Assembly (NCBI GenBank): GCA_964035545.1
Contig: CAXIUT010000057.1
Coordinates: 209,185-263,253, forward strand
Source of the DNA: Bugula neritina
Lineage: Eukaryota; Animalia; Bryozoa
DNA length: 54,069 bases
Direction of reading: 5' to 3'
Positions 25,916 through 40,071 of this stretch are shown here, piece by piece. The notes beneath the pieces are model-generated. The model saw nothing but the letters and a program-made list of their open reading frames with translations, did no database searches and had not been told where the DNA came from. The first letter of the stretch is position 1; each line of letters starts with the position of its first letter. The position numbers and the translations under genes are program-made.

Positions 25916-26530
25916 ATGAATAGAAGTCAAGGTTACGACAGTCTAATTAAATTACTAGTGATCGGCAATAGTGGAGTAGGCAAGACTAATATGTTACTTA
26001 AATTCTGCTAGAACAACTTCATGACATCACATCTAACTACTATCGGAATAGATTTCAAAACTAAAACTATTCTTATCGGTAAATAAAAAATAAGACTACA
26101 AATTTGGGATACTGCCGGCCAATAAAAATTCAAAACCATTACTCAAACCTACTACAGAGGTGCCATGGGTATTATACTAACTTATGCGATAAATTAGCGA
26201 TAGACGTTTTAGGATATTGAAAATTGGGTCAAACAAATCAAATTACACGCATCTGATAGTGTATTCAAAGTCCTTGTAGGGAATAAATCTGACGTTTCTG
26301 ATAGGAAGGTTAGTTTTTAAGAAGGAGCAGGATTGGCTAAAGAAATTGGAGTTAACTTTTTTTAAACTAGTGCTAAAACTGGATAAAATATCGAACAAGT
26401 TTTTATCTACATGGCAGAATAAATCAAAAAAAAAATAGATCAAGAAGAAAAAGTAGGAGTGCTGTCCTATACGGGTTCTAAACTACATAAAAAAAACTAA
26501 AAAAGTCAATAAAAATCATAATGTTGCTGA
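25916..26530 (+). CDS. RAB8: Rab GTPase, Rab8/Sec4-like, intronless
   Basis: YDSLIKLLVIGNSGVGKT...TTIGIDFK...[26 protein letters not shown]...GNKSD...FETSAKTG...ECC-TGA. Confidence 0.93.
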
Positions 26531-26558
26531 TTTTAATATAACATCATCCATCTAGAAT

Positions 26559-26633
26559 CCAACCCCAACCCCCAACCCCAACCCCAACCCCAACCCCAAC
26601 CCCAACCCCAACCCCAACCCCAACCCCAACCCC
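26559..26633 (+). repeat. Internal telomeric tract (CCCCAA) x ~12
   Basis: C4A2 repeats (one C5 unit) between the convergent Rab8 and proteasome genes. Confidence 0.97.
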
Positions 26634-26697
26634 ATATCTAGTCGTATTTAATAAGTTAATGCCATAATATAAATGAATACAAGATAACGATATTCTA

Positions 26698-27457
26698 TCA
26701 GATGTTGATTGGATGTAAATCTTTATTTAGAATTGAATTTCTGTTCATATCTGCATTGCCTTCAGTCAAAACACAGAAATCGACATTAGAACCAGACCCC
26801 AAATCATGATAAATACCAGCAGATATAGCCTATTTACATAGATCCACTGCCTCCTCACGAGTCATGTCGTCTTTATACTTTGTCTCGAATATTGTCATAG
26901 CATGAAGAGAACCAGAACCCATAGTTGCAAAAGGCAAGTAAGAATAACTAAATAAACACAATAGTACTTTCCCTAAGCGCTAAGCATGACCAAATGAGGA
27001 CCAAGGACATCATATCCTCCAACGATGAGATAAGCACCAAGATTTCCTTGATATTTATGGAGCAATTTTGAAGTAGAGGTGATGTAAGAACTGATCCTTG
27101 TTTGTCTTCCTGAATTGAGTCGCTGCAGTTCGAGGTTAGAAGACATGAACAAGTTGACAAATTGTGTATCAGCTGCTGTTCCTGCTCCACAGGCATAGAT
27201 GTTAGGAGCAACGTAGTGTATTTTTTAACAATTTTTTTAAACAACGATTGATCCTCCAGTGGCTCTTGTGTCTGCTGCCAGTACGACTCCATCTTTGAAC
27301 TTGCAGCCTACGATGGTGGTGCCTGTTTTTTTATGAGAGATAGCTTTGGTATTTTTTTATTCTAGAAGTTTGTTTCTATGTGAGATAGGGTCTACCTCTG
27401 TGAATAGGAGAAATCGAAGCCTCCCATCTGATCTGCATAGTTCTTTAGATGCGACAT
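26698..27457 (-). CDS. PSMB7: 20S proteasome subunit beta2 (PSMB7/Pup1 type)
   Basis: GGFDFS propeptide; KTG|TTIVG...[11 protein letters not shown]...[24 protein letters not shown]...MGSGSLHAM...[13 protein letters not shown]; tiny introns. Confidence 0.94.
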
Positions 27458-27618
27458 ATTTTAAAAATAATTCAAATGTAATATATTGATATCATAGATA
27501 TTAACCAATAGTCATATTAAACTTATAATAACTAATAACACTTGATATGTTGGTGTTTTTAGCATGATTTAGAGATGATAAAAATGTTTGATATTTAAAG
27601 ATGATGAAAGAGTATGTA

Positions 27619-29475
27619 TCAACAGGCTCCTCCCAAATTGCTGAACAGCTTCTTCATTGACAACTTATCTTTCTCCATCGAATGCTTATATATCATATAG
27701 ATCTTAGGATTGCTCAATTTGATATGTCGACTCAAATTTCTACTAAACTAATCGAAATCCAAACTTCCCTTTCCACTTGGATCGATATCTACAATAAATC
27801 AAATTTTACTTTTCAAAAACCAAATCAAAAAGTCATCGTAACTTTTATGCTCCTTACTATAACATTTCAACTCATGAAGAGTAGTCTCAATATTAATTTC
27901 TGGAAATCTCTATGGTCTTTATTTCATATAGTTGATTGTGAATTAATCTGCTTTAAGAAGTTGGAAGTTAAATGCTCCTAATTTGACTATAGCACCTATC
28001 TGGAAATCACAATCTTGGAGATATCTGTCTTCTGTTTTATGTTAATGTCTTTTTCTTTAGAGGAATTTACCTCCCCAAATACCAGAATTCTTGTCTGCAC
28101 TCTGATAGACCTGAATGGTATCATCTCCAGCAAAAAATGATATTATAAACTTTCTATTGTGCTCATCTTTATTTTGAGAGATCATCCTAGCTTCAAATCT
28201 CATCACATATTGATCATTTGTAAAGATCTTTGTCATGTCCTTTTTAGGTGGCTTAGGCTGTAACTTCAATACATTACCAAGTGAATCTTAAGGAGTACCG
28301 TAACCATTGAATGGTGGAATCTTATGCTCAACTGAACGTTGTTGTATTTCTTACATTTTAGGGAAAGATAGGTCAATACCCAATTGATACTTGAAATAAG
28401 CTTTTGTAAAGTCGTCAGCTTAATAAACATAACAGTTTCTACCAAAGACATTGATAGCTTCTCCAGTAGAGAAATCTTATGGACTGTAGTATTGCTCTTT
28501 TTAAAGACTCATTCCAGGATAGACTGTATTGATTGCTTTTTTTGGTAATTTTTGACGATTGAGCAAAAGAGGAAAAGGATCTCTGCCAGAATTTTGGAAT
28601 CTAATTTCTTTAACTTCAACTGAATCATCAGCTAAGAAGTAGTTAAGACAGTAATGACGATTTCCTCCTTCTAAAGTAGTATCAGCCCAACAGATTTTGA
28701 ATGATAAAACTTTTCTATCATTATCAATATACTTTTTAAGTCCATCATTGGGATGTCCTCCTCCAAGTCTAACTTCAATATACTCTTTATATTCCTTTGT
28801 ATCTGGAGGGTTGATCTTTGCCTCTTTTGTTCTCATAAAATCAGTAAATAGATCTTTAGGTTGAGCTTCTGGCTCATTAAGAGGTGTTTCCATGTACTGG
28901 TAAAAATCTTTAGTAAATTGATCACAGTCATAGATTCTGAAGATTCTTTCGAAAACTTTAAAACTGATAGCAATATTGAGATCTCTCCAGGTGTAGTGGT
29001 CTGCGAGCTAGCCAATTACTTTAGGAACTTTTTGTCTTTTGAGGAAAGGACCTTGAGGAATACCACAATTTTATACTTTTTTTTAGGTGATGAAGATGCT
29101 TTAATCGGATAGATAGTAATAGATTTGCACGGGTCTGATACGATAGTTTTAAAGTCTGCTTTCTACAACATGTTCTTGGAAGTAAGCATAGAACCTTAGA
29201 ACTTTTCGATCGTATTTGAGCCAAGGAGGTTGTACTCTTGGGATGTAGTCGTTCTGTGGAGCTTATCTGGTCTTCATAAAACTCATATTATTGACAGATT
29301 TGCACATCTAGTCGATGAGATGCTCATCTATCTCTTCTTGATTAAACTGCCTTTTTTCTTGATTGGAACCATCAACGCAATTGAACTGCTGTGTTTTATG
29401 GAAGTTTTGTTTGTAGGGGTCGTGGAACACATGACCTGGCAGGAAAGGTACCTACTTTGGAATGTTTGTTTGCAT
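27619..29475 (-). CDS. EFHC1: RIB72/EFHC-family ciliary protein (three DM10 domains)
   Basis: PFLPGHVF...PPWLKYDRKVLRFYAYFQEHVVESR; DRKVLSFKICW...YFLADDSVEVKE...NSGRDPFPLLL; VMRFEARM...RKFIISFFAGDDTIQVY...NSGIWGGKFL. Confidence 0.9.
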
Positions 29476-29572
29476 TGTTAAGTTATATTTTTATCAATAA
29501 ACCTAATATCCATCATTTATATCAAATCATCTGCACTAATAAAAATTATAAAGGAAAAATAATCAATAAATA

Positions 29573-30679
29573 TCAATTTTTAGACTTCTTGCTTTTCTCT
29601 TTTGAGTTGCTAGATTTCTTTTTCTTTTAATGAGATTATTTCTTCTATTGAGGCTATTTTTTACTTGTTTTGTTGTTTTTGGATTTAGATCCCACCTTTT
29701 TCATCTTCTTAGGCTAACCAAAAAACTGCCTCAATACAGATTTTTTTACAGTATCAAATAGTAACATTATTACTCCGAAAATTAATAGTAATATTACAGT
29801 TTTTAATTTTATACTTAACTGTGAACGAGAAGGAGCTTCATAGACTAATGGATGGTGACTTTCGAGAAGTTATTTTACCTATGATGAAATTTATGGTTCT
29901 GCAGCTTTTGGCTTTTTACGAAACCAGGCTGATAAAGTTTAAGGTATTGCACTGAAAGGCTCCCATTTTTATTTTTATTCTTTTTACTAAATTACATTAA
30001 CTACAATGTTTTATTCTGGTTTGTGAGTTGGACTTTAGTTGAATCCTTTAAAAAGTTGTGAAGGCTAGTTTCCTTTTTATTTTTATTTCTATTGTTATTT
30101 CTCCTTTTTTAGTTTTTGACTCTCTATTAGCTGATTTTTCTTCTTAATAACTAATTCTGGAGGTCTTCTAGTTCTACCTGATTGTCTAAGTTCTTGCCCT
30201 TCACCTGACTGTCTAAGTTATTCTTCCTATTTTGAACTTTTTATTCTAATGATGGGATTGAGTAATTAAATTTCTTTTTTACTAATTGTAACTTTATAGG
30301 TTAGATTGATATTATCTCCTTAAAACCGTTCCTCAAAAACAGTTTTTCCCAATTCCTATAAATCCTCTATCATTCCCACAGTATTCAAGACAAAGCTATC
30401 AACCAGCTAATGATTACCAGTTTAGCTATCAAGCAAAAGTCCATACCCAGCACTTTCTTTCTTTTCCTCACTAATACTAAATTTAAAAGATTAAAGATCC
30501 GCAAGATCAAGTACTTTTGACATTCTTTTCAATTGTATTTTATGAGATGCCTAATATTTGATAATAATGTGTTTTTATCTAAGTCCAGAAGCAAGACTAA
30601 GTTTGAAGTAAGAAGTAGAGAGGTCAGATTTGATAGCCAGACGGTTCAAATGTATTTAGAAAAGGTATTCGACTTGCAT
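29573..30679 (-). CDS. Hypothetical protein: beta-rich (possibly C2-like) N-terminus and disordered K/E-rich tail
   Basis: MQVEYLFEIHLNRLAIKSD... to ...KSKKSKN-TGA. Confidence 0.5.
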
Positions 30680-30741
30680 AATGTTAGTGTTAGATATTTG
30701 TCAGCTGTAAATTACATATAAAATTCATATTTTCAATTCTA

Positions 30742-32239
<1,498 letters not shown>

Positions 32240-32354
32240 AATTTAAAAACTATTTAGATTAATATCAATAGTAATTAATAACTCACATTATCCACTCAAT
32301 AAATAATAACCATCAAATATATTAAAACTCGATATAAAGCATAACCATATTCTA

Positions 32355-33071
32355 TCAGCAACATCTCTTCTTTTGTATATTTTGATGAATCGACTAGTTA
32401 TTAATAACGATAGGTTCATTTTATAGGTCAGCTGTTTCTTACTATCGTTTCTTATTCGATACTACACTCTCGAACATCTTCTTCTATAATTCTATAAAAT
32501 GACATATATTAATACCTTCAGCTACTCTTTCAAAAATAAGATCAATATTCGTTCCATCTTTAGCAGATACCTCATAAAACGGCAATTATCTCTGCTATGC
32601 AAATTCCATTCCTTTTTACGTGCTCACCTTTCGATCATTTTAAAGATCGATTTTATTTCCCACAATCATAGTTACCACATCTTCTCCGACAAATTCCCCT
32701 AAAATAGTCTTTATTTCATACTCATTGTTTTAATTTATCTTTATAGACTAGTAAATGTATCTTCTCGAGTGATGTCGTAGACTATTAGAGCAGCCTCAGA
32801 ACGTTTATAAAAGACTTTCATAAGAGATCTTTGTAATAAGAAGAATACTTGTATTTTTATTGATCTGCTGTATCCCAGATATTCAATTTTATTTTAGTTC
32901 CCTTTTTAGTAGTTACAGTTTTAGTGGCATATTACACTCCTATTGTAGTTTGCCAATCAGTTGAAAACTTATCCATTGTATATTTCAACAAAATATTTGA
33001 CTTGCCAACTGCAGACAACCCAAAAGGATGATTTTATAAGTCTAGCATTCTTATTTTTTTGGTGAAGACAT
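32355..33071 (-). CDS. Divergent Rab GTPase (Rab11/Rab2-related), tandem copy A
   Basis: KIILLG.SAVGKSNILL...TTIGVEYATK...IWDTADQEKY...GNKIDL...YEVSAKDG...KRCC-TGA; three tiny introns; one homopolymer frameshift. Confidence 0.88.
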
Positions 33072-33182
33072 TGTTAATATCAATAGATAATAAGTCAAAA
33101 TTATGATATTTACTTGATAGTTTACAAAAATAATATTATAAAAACTAAAAATATACCAACTAGATAAATCACTATTAGTATA

Positions 33183-33930
33183 TCATGAATTACAACATTT
33201 CTTTTTAGCTTTGGTCTCGTTTTGCCTCTTCTATTGATTCTTGTTACTTATCACTATATTTTTAGACACCTCCTACTTCTTCTATTCACTCTTCTGGTAC
33301 TCTGATTACTTGCTTTAACGCTATATCTGTGGCTGGGTCACAGCTTTTTATAATTCTACATCAAAAGTATCTTACCTTAAGCAATTCTAGTGAATATGAG
33401 ATTGATATTAGTTCCATCTTTTGCCGACACCTAGTAAAAAGCTATCTTTCTGCTTTATGCATAATCCAATCCTCTTTGCTTGGACACAGTTCTCTGTTCC
33501 TCCATATCGATCTTATTGCCCACAATCATAGTAATAATATCTGACTTATTATAGTCCTCTAGATAAACAAAAAGCATACTGATAAGTTTGATTTAACTAT
33601 CCAAATTGAGAAAGGTCTCCTCTTTGGTAACATCATAGACAATAAAGGCAGCAGATGCTCCCTTATAAAAAGTTTTCATCAGTGATCTTTATCGTCATAA
33701 ACATACCTGTATCTTTACTGACCAGCTGTGTCCCAGATTTGAAATTTGATGCGAGTTCCTTTCTCAGTTACGATGGTTTTGGTTGCATACTACACACCTA
33801 TCGTCATGTTCCAACCTTCAACGAACTGCTCTTTAGTATATCTAAGCAAAATGTTTGACTTTCCTACACCCGCCGACCCGATCAGAATCAACTTGAACAT
33901 GTAGTCATACTATTTTTACTATTTTTGCAT
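33183..33930 (-). CDS. Divergent Rab GTPase (Rab11/Rab2-related), tandem copy B
   Basis: YDYMFKLILIGSAGVGKSNILL...MTIGVEYATK...[10 protein letters not shown]...GNKID...YEVSAKDG...KKCCNS-TGA; same intron positions as copy A. Confidence 0.92.
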
Positions 33931-33995
33931 TGATGGATTATATTAAACCTTTGAACAATTAGAATTATTATCGAAATTATTTTCACACTAAACTA

Positions 33996-34638
33996 TTCAA
34001 ACTAAAATAAATACTTTATTTGGGGAATTATCCCTTTTGGAACTTGTAGAAATAGATAGATATGAGTGATATTAATAATGGGAGAGATATTAGCTATTAA
34101 AATCAACGAGCACTTCTTTTACCTTTGCTTTATTTTCTATATTTTAACTATTTATCAATTTTACCAAAAGCACTATCACAATTTCTTCTAGATATTTTAG
34201 ACTGACTCTCTCCTCGTCTATTTTTAGAAGTATACGGTCGCTTCTTTCCAACACTGCTATCTCTAAATTTACAATCCTGATGGGAAGCATTCGTAGGTAC
34301 AAGTTAAATTTAATCATATTTTTGTTAAATGAAATAATTTTACATTTCTAGCATACTTTCCTTCTTTTTGCTTCTACCTTGCCGTGAAGATCGGCCTATT
34401 GAAGGCTTAACAAGATGTGGCAATGGATTTAAAGGCTACGTGAGAAGGGTCAAATCATCAATTAGCTAGCAGTTGTCGAGGATTACTTGTTTTCCTTTTT
34501 TGATGTGTCTTAAGTATAAAAACTAAGACTGAGTTTTCTTAGATCTTGCTTGGATGGTAGAGTTGGGTTATTAGACTGCTAAAGTTGACGTTGTTTTGTG
34601 TCTGCCTGGACCTTTCGTTTGACCTTTGCTGCCATCAT
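33996..34638 (-). CDS. Hypothetical disordered protein
   Basis: MMAAKVKRKVQADTKQRQ...; needs one frameshift or intron. Confidence 0.4.
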
Positions 34639-34778
34639 TGAAATTTTAATTATATTTTATATTGGCTGTTAATCGCAAGATAAACCTCAAAAAAGACACT
34701 ATCTGAGTTAATTTAATTATTTTAAACCAAATCAGATAAATAACTTTGATATTACTATTATTTATAACAATTAGCTAT

Positions 34779-35610
34779 ATGATACATATTCTACTACTTT
34801 TGTTGGCCTCTTCTTTCCTCTTCTTTCAATGCTAATCAGCCATACCTCTCGTCGACGAGTAAATAGGCAGTTCAATTTTCCAATAAAGTACTTCTTTCTA
34901 ACTCAAGATCAGCCTTATCTTATCTATGTATGCGACCATCAGAACACAAAAATCCTCTCAGTTTTTACTTAGTATTGCTAATAAGATAAGCTATGCACTA
35001 TTATGGATGTATTAGTATGATAACTAAGAGTTCAGTTGAAATGTATGCCATGTTGAATCAATTTGTTGGGATGCAAGCAAAGCAATATCTATTGATACTT
35101 AATAGTTAAAAATATTAGAAGTATACACTAAAAGTTGATTAAAGTGTTACAGGTATGATTTTTTGTTATTTAGTTGAAGAAATTGGATAATTTTATGAGA
35201 AATTTAAAGCTGGAAAACTCGAAAGATACTATTCTTCTGAAGATATCCCGACTACTAATAATGATCCTTATCTTTAGAAGGTAGTTGGGCAGACATATAA
35301 AGGATTTATATAAAAGCCAGTCAAAGTAAAAGTCCTTTTTCTTTATTCTGATAATTAAGGATGCAGTACTTGTAACTAGGTATACGAACTCGTCACGAAA
35401 GCTGCTAAAAAATTTACTGATAGAAGTCAAGTAACTTTCGGGTCTTTTGATTTATTTAGAAATGACCATTCTATGCTTAAAGAAGTGGAAATTCCTGTTA
35501 TTTTGATTTATGGTGAAGATAGTAACTATCAAAGATTGGCCAAAACTTAAGAATTAGAAAAACTATAAGAAATAATAGAAGATAAATTAGGCTAAATGTC
35601 GTAGTTTTGA
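34779..35610 (+). CDS. PDI/thioredoxin-like secretory-pathway protein
   Basis: Signal peptide MIHILLLFVGLFFPLLS; FYEKFKAGKLERYYSSEDIP...KVVGQTY...CSTC...FDLFRND...IPVILIY; ends EMSEF-TGA; two tiny introns. Confidence 0.75.
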
Positions 35611-35675
35611 TGGTTTATAAATATTAGAAACTCTTAAATAATTGTATATAAGGATTATAAGTCAAATAAAACTGA

Positions 35676-36384
35676 ATGGGTTGTGTTTCAAACTAAAAGC
35701 TTAACGATGATAATCGTCGAACAATTGAAGATCCTGCTATTTTTAAAAGTGGATTAGACAATGGACCTTTAAGCGATGTATAAAAAGCTAAAAAGAGAGA
35801 TCAAAGCAATGATATCAATTATTTACATAGAGTTATTTAAGAAAGAAATAAAGCAAATAAAGATCTGAATAAATAGATCAGTACTGTTAAGAAAGAACTT
35901 GATATTAAAAAGAAAGAATCAAAAGATACGATTGAGTTCAAAGATAAAGAGATAAAAAAAATTTAGGAATAAAAAATAAATAGATTGAAAAGTTGAAGAA
36001 ATAGTTATAAAAATAGAAACAAAAAAAGAAAGATGATAAAATATAAAAAGGTAGAATTTTTGTTATTTAGGTAAATCAGAATCAGTTAAATAAAAATAGA
36101 TTCCTGTGGGTATTACTTCTCAATAAAAATACAAATCTCTTTGCTAGTAGTGTTTCTATAAACTACCAAGATTTGTTGTTACTGGCTCTAATACGAGAGA
36201 ATGTTATACTTGTAAAGGTTATGGTTTGAATCTTTAAAGATTCCCTTATGGAGCAAATCCTTCTTGCTAGAAAGCTTTGTGTTTCGAGAAAGGCTGGGAT
36301 AAGGTTAAGTGTTTGAAGATTTGTACAATATGTGAAGGAAAAGGAGGACAGGAAGTCAAAGTTTATGCTGTAAGAAGGTTATGA
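35676..36384 (+). CDS. N-acylated (MGC) coiled-coil protein with DnaJ-type CxxCxGxG zinc motifs
   Basis: MGCVSNEK...; CYTCKGYG and CTICEGKG near the C-terminus; no J-domain HPD seen. Confidence 0.65.
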
Positions 36385-37799
36385 TGCCCTGTATTTATAT
36401 ATCATTTTAGAATTTAGAATATTATTTTTACAATATTAATTTTAATATTTAAGCATTTATATTATTTAAATTAGGCCAAAAACTTAGAAAATACTAGCTA
36501 TTTCAAAAGGAATTCTTTCACTGAGTGAGGTATTAACTTTTAATTGAAGTCAATTTCGTTTACTTTAAAAAGTAAAAAAAATTCGATTGAATTCGATGAT
36601 AAATGTGCAAAGAGTAAAGGATATTTAAAAGATATGGAGTTAAGAATAGTCTTTAAAATGACTGTTCTATGCGAGAAAGCTTTTTCTATCAAAAAATATT
36701 GATGAAACCTTGAAATATTTCCTGATGAAGTCATCTTCTATTAAGAAAAAAAATCAACTCAGGTAAGCTAAGAGAGATATTGTCAACTGCAAGGATGTTT
36801 AAACTTCTCTAAGAGTCTAAAAGGAACAAGACATAAAAGTTAATACTATAAGAAGGAAATAATGCTCTCTATACATCTAGTTTTTAAATTTCAAGAATAT
36901 TGAAATTTCTCATTTCTTCTTTTTTTCATCTAGTTGATCATATTTTATCAAGATTGAGGATATTTATTGAATTTTAGCTTCAAAATAATTACTGGTTGTC
37001 TTTTTGACTTATTGAATCAAGTTTTCTCGAATTAATAAAATTTTACCTTTCAAATTTATCAATGAAGCAAACTCTATTTCAAAATTATTTTTATCAAATC
37101 AATCAATATCTCGACTATTCCAATTAACTAAATTTCTAAAAATCAAAAGTTGTTAAAAATCCAAAAAGTAAAATAAAGCTAAAAACATAAAATCTTTGAG
37201 ATTTATAACTTTAGTAGCCATGAAGAAGTTCTCTATCTCTTAAAATTTAAAAATCAATGAAAAAACTTCAAGATTTTACTTTGGGTTTTATCTGAGACGA
37301 TATTTTTTTGATGTGTAATTTATAATAATTAAATATCGGGAAGGGCTTAGCAAAAATGGATGAACCTATCTTAAAAGGAGAGCTATTCAAAGGAAAAGTA
37401 GATGATGAGATTGAGTTAAACACTCTAAGAAGATAAAAAAATATCGAAAGCAATTTATAACAAGGGTACTCTTTAAACAAAAGGGCTTTTCATCAAAAAT
37501 AAATGCTGGCGAATTAAAATATGAAGAAGACTAGACTTTTCCAACATAGAAAGTGAATAATAACTCAAAACTTGACTATTTTTCTTTTGATGGAATTGAA
37601 TAATGATTTATTTTTTCTTCAAAACTTTTAAATTATAAACTATTAAATAGATAATTCTCCAAGTTAAAGAGTTTCTTTATATTTTACCTTACTTCAATTT
37701 TGATAAATAGGATTGATTACAATAGTTTTATTCTGTTACTTCACCATTATTTGAAAATAAAAAGAGGGAGTTTCGATTCAATTTTATTTTCAAACAACT

Positions 37800-38330
37800 T
37801 TTCTACTTTACTTCATAAACAACCAATCAACTAATCACTTACATATATAATACATCAAACTCACAACTTTTGAAAGCCTACCTAATTATCTACCACATTT
37901 CATAACTCAAATCTCAAACTAAATATACTATTACCTACTCCCATCCCACTCAAAATCTTTGTCTTGCCCTCACTGAAGTACTATCTACTCCTTGGACCCT
38001 CCCATTTCATCAAACTAAAGTGGAACTTCATCATTTTGAGGTTGAGTTTTTGGTGATTAGCCTTGTGATAATCAACTTTTATGACCTATGATAGTCAGAT
38101 CTCCCTTTAACTCTCAGTTTATGCCCTTTAGTTTGATCTCACTGCTTTTAATTATCAGTATTTGATCAATATGATCAGGTAGAATCAGTCAAGTGTTCAC
38201 CCTATTGCCATCAATTGAAAGTTTTATGTCCAAGAGGACATGTTCTAACTGATGTCTGTGTTGTTCAACACCTATGTTGATCGTCTTTAGCTCAAATGAG
38301 ACTTTTGATAAGAATAATTTTATTTTAGAA
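37800..38330 (-). CDS. Possible hypothetical protein
   Basis: Coding-like composition but no clean frame recovered. Confidence 0.25.
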
Positions 38331-38489
38331 CTTTAGTCAACAAATATCAACAACAGTCAATCAGTATTATTTTGTCGATAAAAGAATAAAATCTTATTTT
38401 TATTATTTGTTAAATCAAAAAAGCTAGATAAAATGTTGATGATATAAAAGAGCCTAATAAATAGCATTTAATAATATTTAATAATAAAG

Positions 38490-38720
38490 ATGAACGGCAG
38501 CCCTTTCAGATCATTCAACTACTCCTCCAACTAATACTACACTCCCTCAAGAAAGACCACTCCCCATCACTGCAACGCAGACAAAAAAACATGCCTCTCC
38601 TCTCCATCCAAGAATCCTCTTCAATCACATCTCCCGAAACCTCTTTGGAAACTAAAACCAAGCCAATTATAGCAACGTCACCCCCACAGTCAACGCCAAA
38701 TTGTTCAGATGATTTATATT
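38490..38720 (+). CDS. Possible small Ser/Pro-rich protein
   Basis: MNGSPFRSFNYSSNEYYTPSRK...; end uncertain. Confidence 0.3.
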
Positions 38721-38813
38721 ACTTTATTCATAGATATATCTATCACATAAAAACCATAAAAGACTTCAATCAAGTGATCAGGTTGATAAAGTATTTGACT
38801 AAAAGCATAAAGA

Positions 38814-40035
38814 TCAGGCATTACTGCAATCAAGACATAATTTCTTATGATTAGCTTTGATAACAACATATCTTTTCTTCATACATTTCTAACATAATTT
38901 ATCTTTTTAGATCTAGGCGCTGGGCTACCACCACTTCTTCCCTCCCATATCATTTCCAACTAAAGAAGTATAAAAATTAGCATTTCTTTTGCAATCATGA
39001 TCATGAACCATCACCGATTGTTTCATAGTCCTCGCAAAATCTTTATTTGTCTCAAGCAATTTATTCTTAGGAGCTGATGTATGCTTATTACGCCGATGAT
39101 TATGGACTACTTCTGGCAAAACTTTTAGCAAAAACTTAACTACCTAGGATCAAATCGCTACATAAAACATATTTTGCAATGCTTCTATTATTTATTATTC
39201 AATTATTTATTCATTATGCTTTCATTTGCAATCCAACTAGAACAAATTATACATCTACTCCTCAGATCTTTCTTTAGACCAACTTATATCTTCATATTCT
39301 AGACTCTTATCTAAACAGAATGCTTCGAGGTAATTTTTAATTTCTTATTACCACCATTATCATCCTTAGATTCGCTTTATGGGATTTAAAATGCACTTAA
39401 CCTGCTGACAACAGAGATATCTTACTGCTAGGATGGATCTTAAATTTCTAAGGAATTTAATTGTGCATTTATTTACTTTTGATATCTTTCTATGATAATT
39501 TAGAACGATCTATTTTTTTATTCTAAATATTATTTCTTATTTTAGGCTAGCTTTTTTAATATTTAATATTTTATTCCATACTACTTTGCGTAATGGCACA
39601 ATCTCTACACATAACAAATTCCATATTTTATATAAAATTCAAAGTTCTAATAATTCGATTACAACTAACACACTAGAACAAAAACCCCTCATATTTTTTA
39701 GCACAATAATCATAACAACAACGACACAACTTCATCCCCTCTCTCATCTATATATCCACCGCCCCATCTATCTTATTCCCACAATTGATGCAATGCAACA
39801 TAATAAACTCCTCCACCACGATCCGGTCCACATAGTGTCCGCAGTATAGCTCGATTATTATGTCCTATTGCTGGTTGAGATAGTAACTCTGGTAAATTTG
39901 GATGATACAACGCGGACAGTAAACGGACTTGCAAATTGGTTATTATAGTTTCTAGGAGTTTATGATTAGTTTATAACAGTTTTTGCATCTTAAAGTGCTA
40001 AGGCTGTATTGAGGGTAACTGTATTGAGTGTTCAT
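38814..40035 (-). CDS. Cys-rich multi-zinc-finger protein
   Basis: CKNC...CKSVYCPRC...CGH; CINC...CRCC; CVSC...CRDC; C-terminal CEKC...CLDC-SNA-TGA. Confidence 0.6.
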
Positions 40036-40071
40036 TATTAATTTATATATTGTTATAAATATCTTATAAGG

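Noticed and set aside
25916-26530. Standard ciliate code (TAR=Gln) or split code (TAA=Lys, TAG=Glu)
   Set aside because: Both TAA and TAG fall on invariant Glu columns in several unrelated proteins
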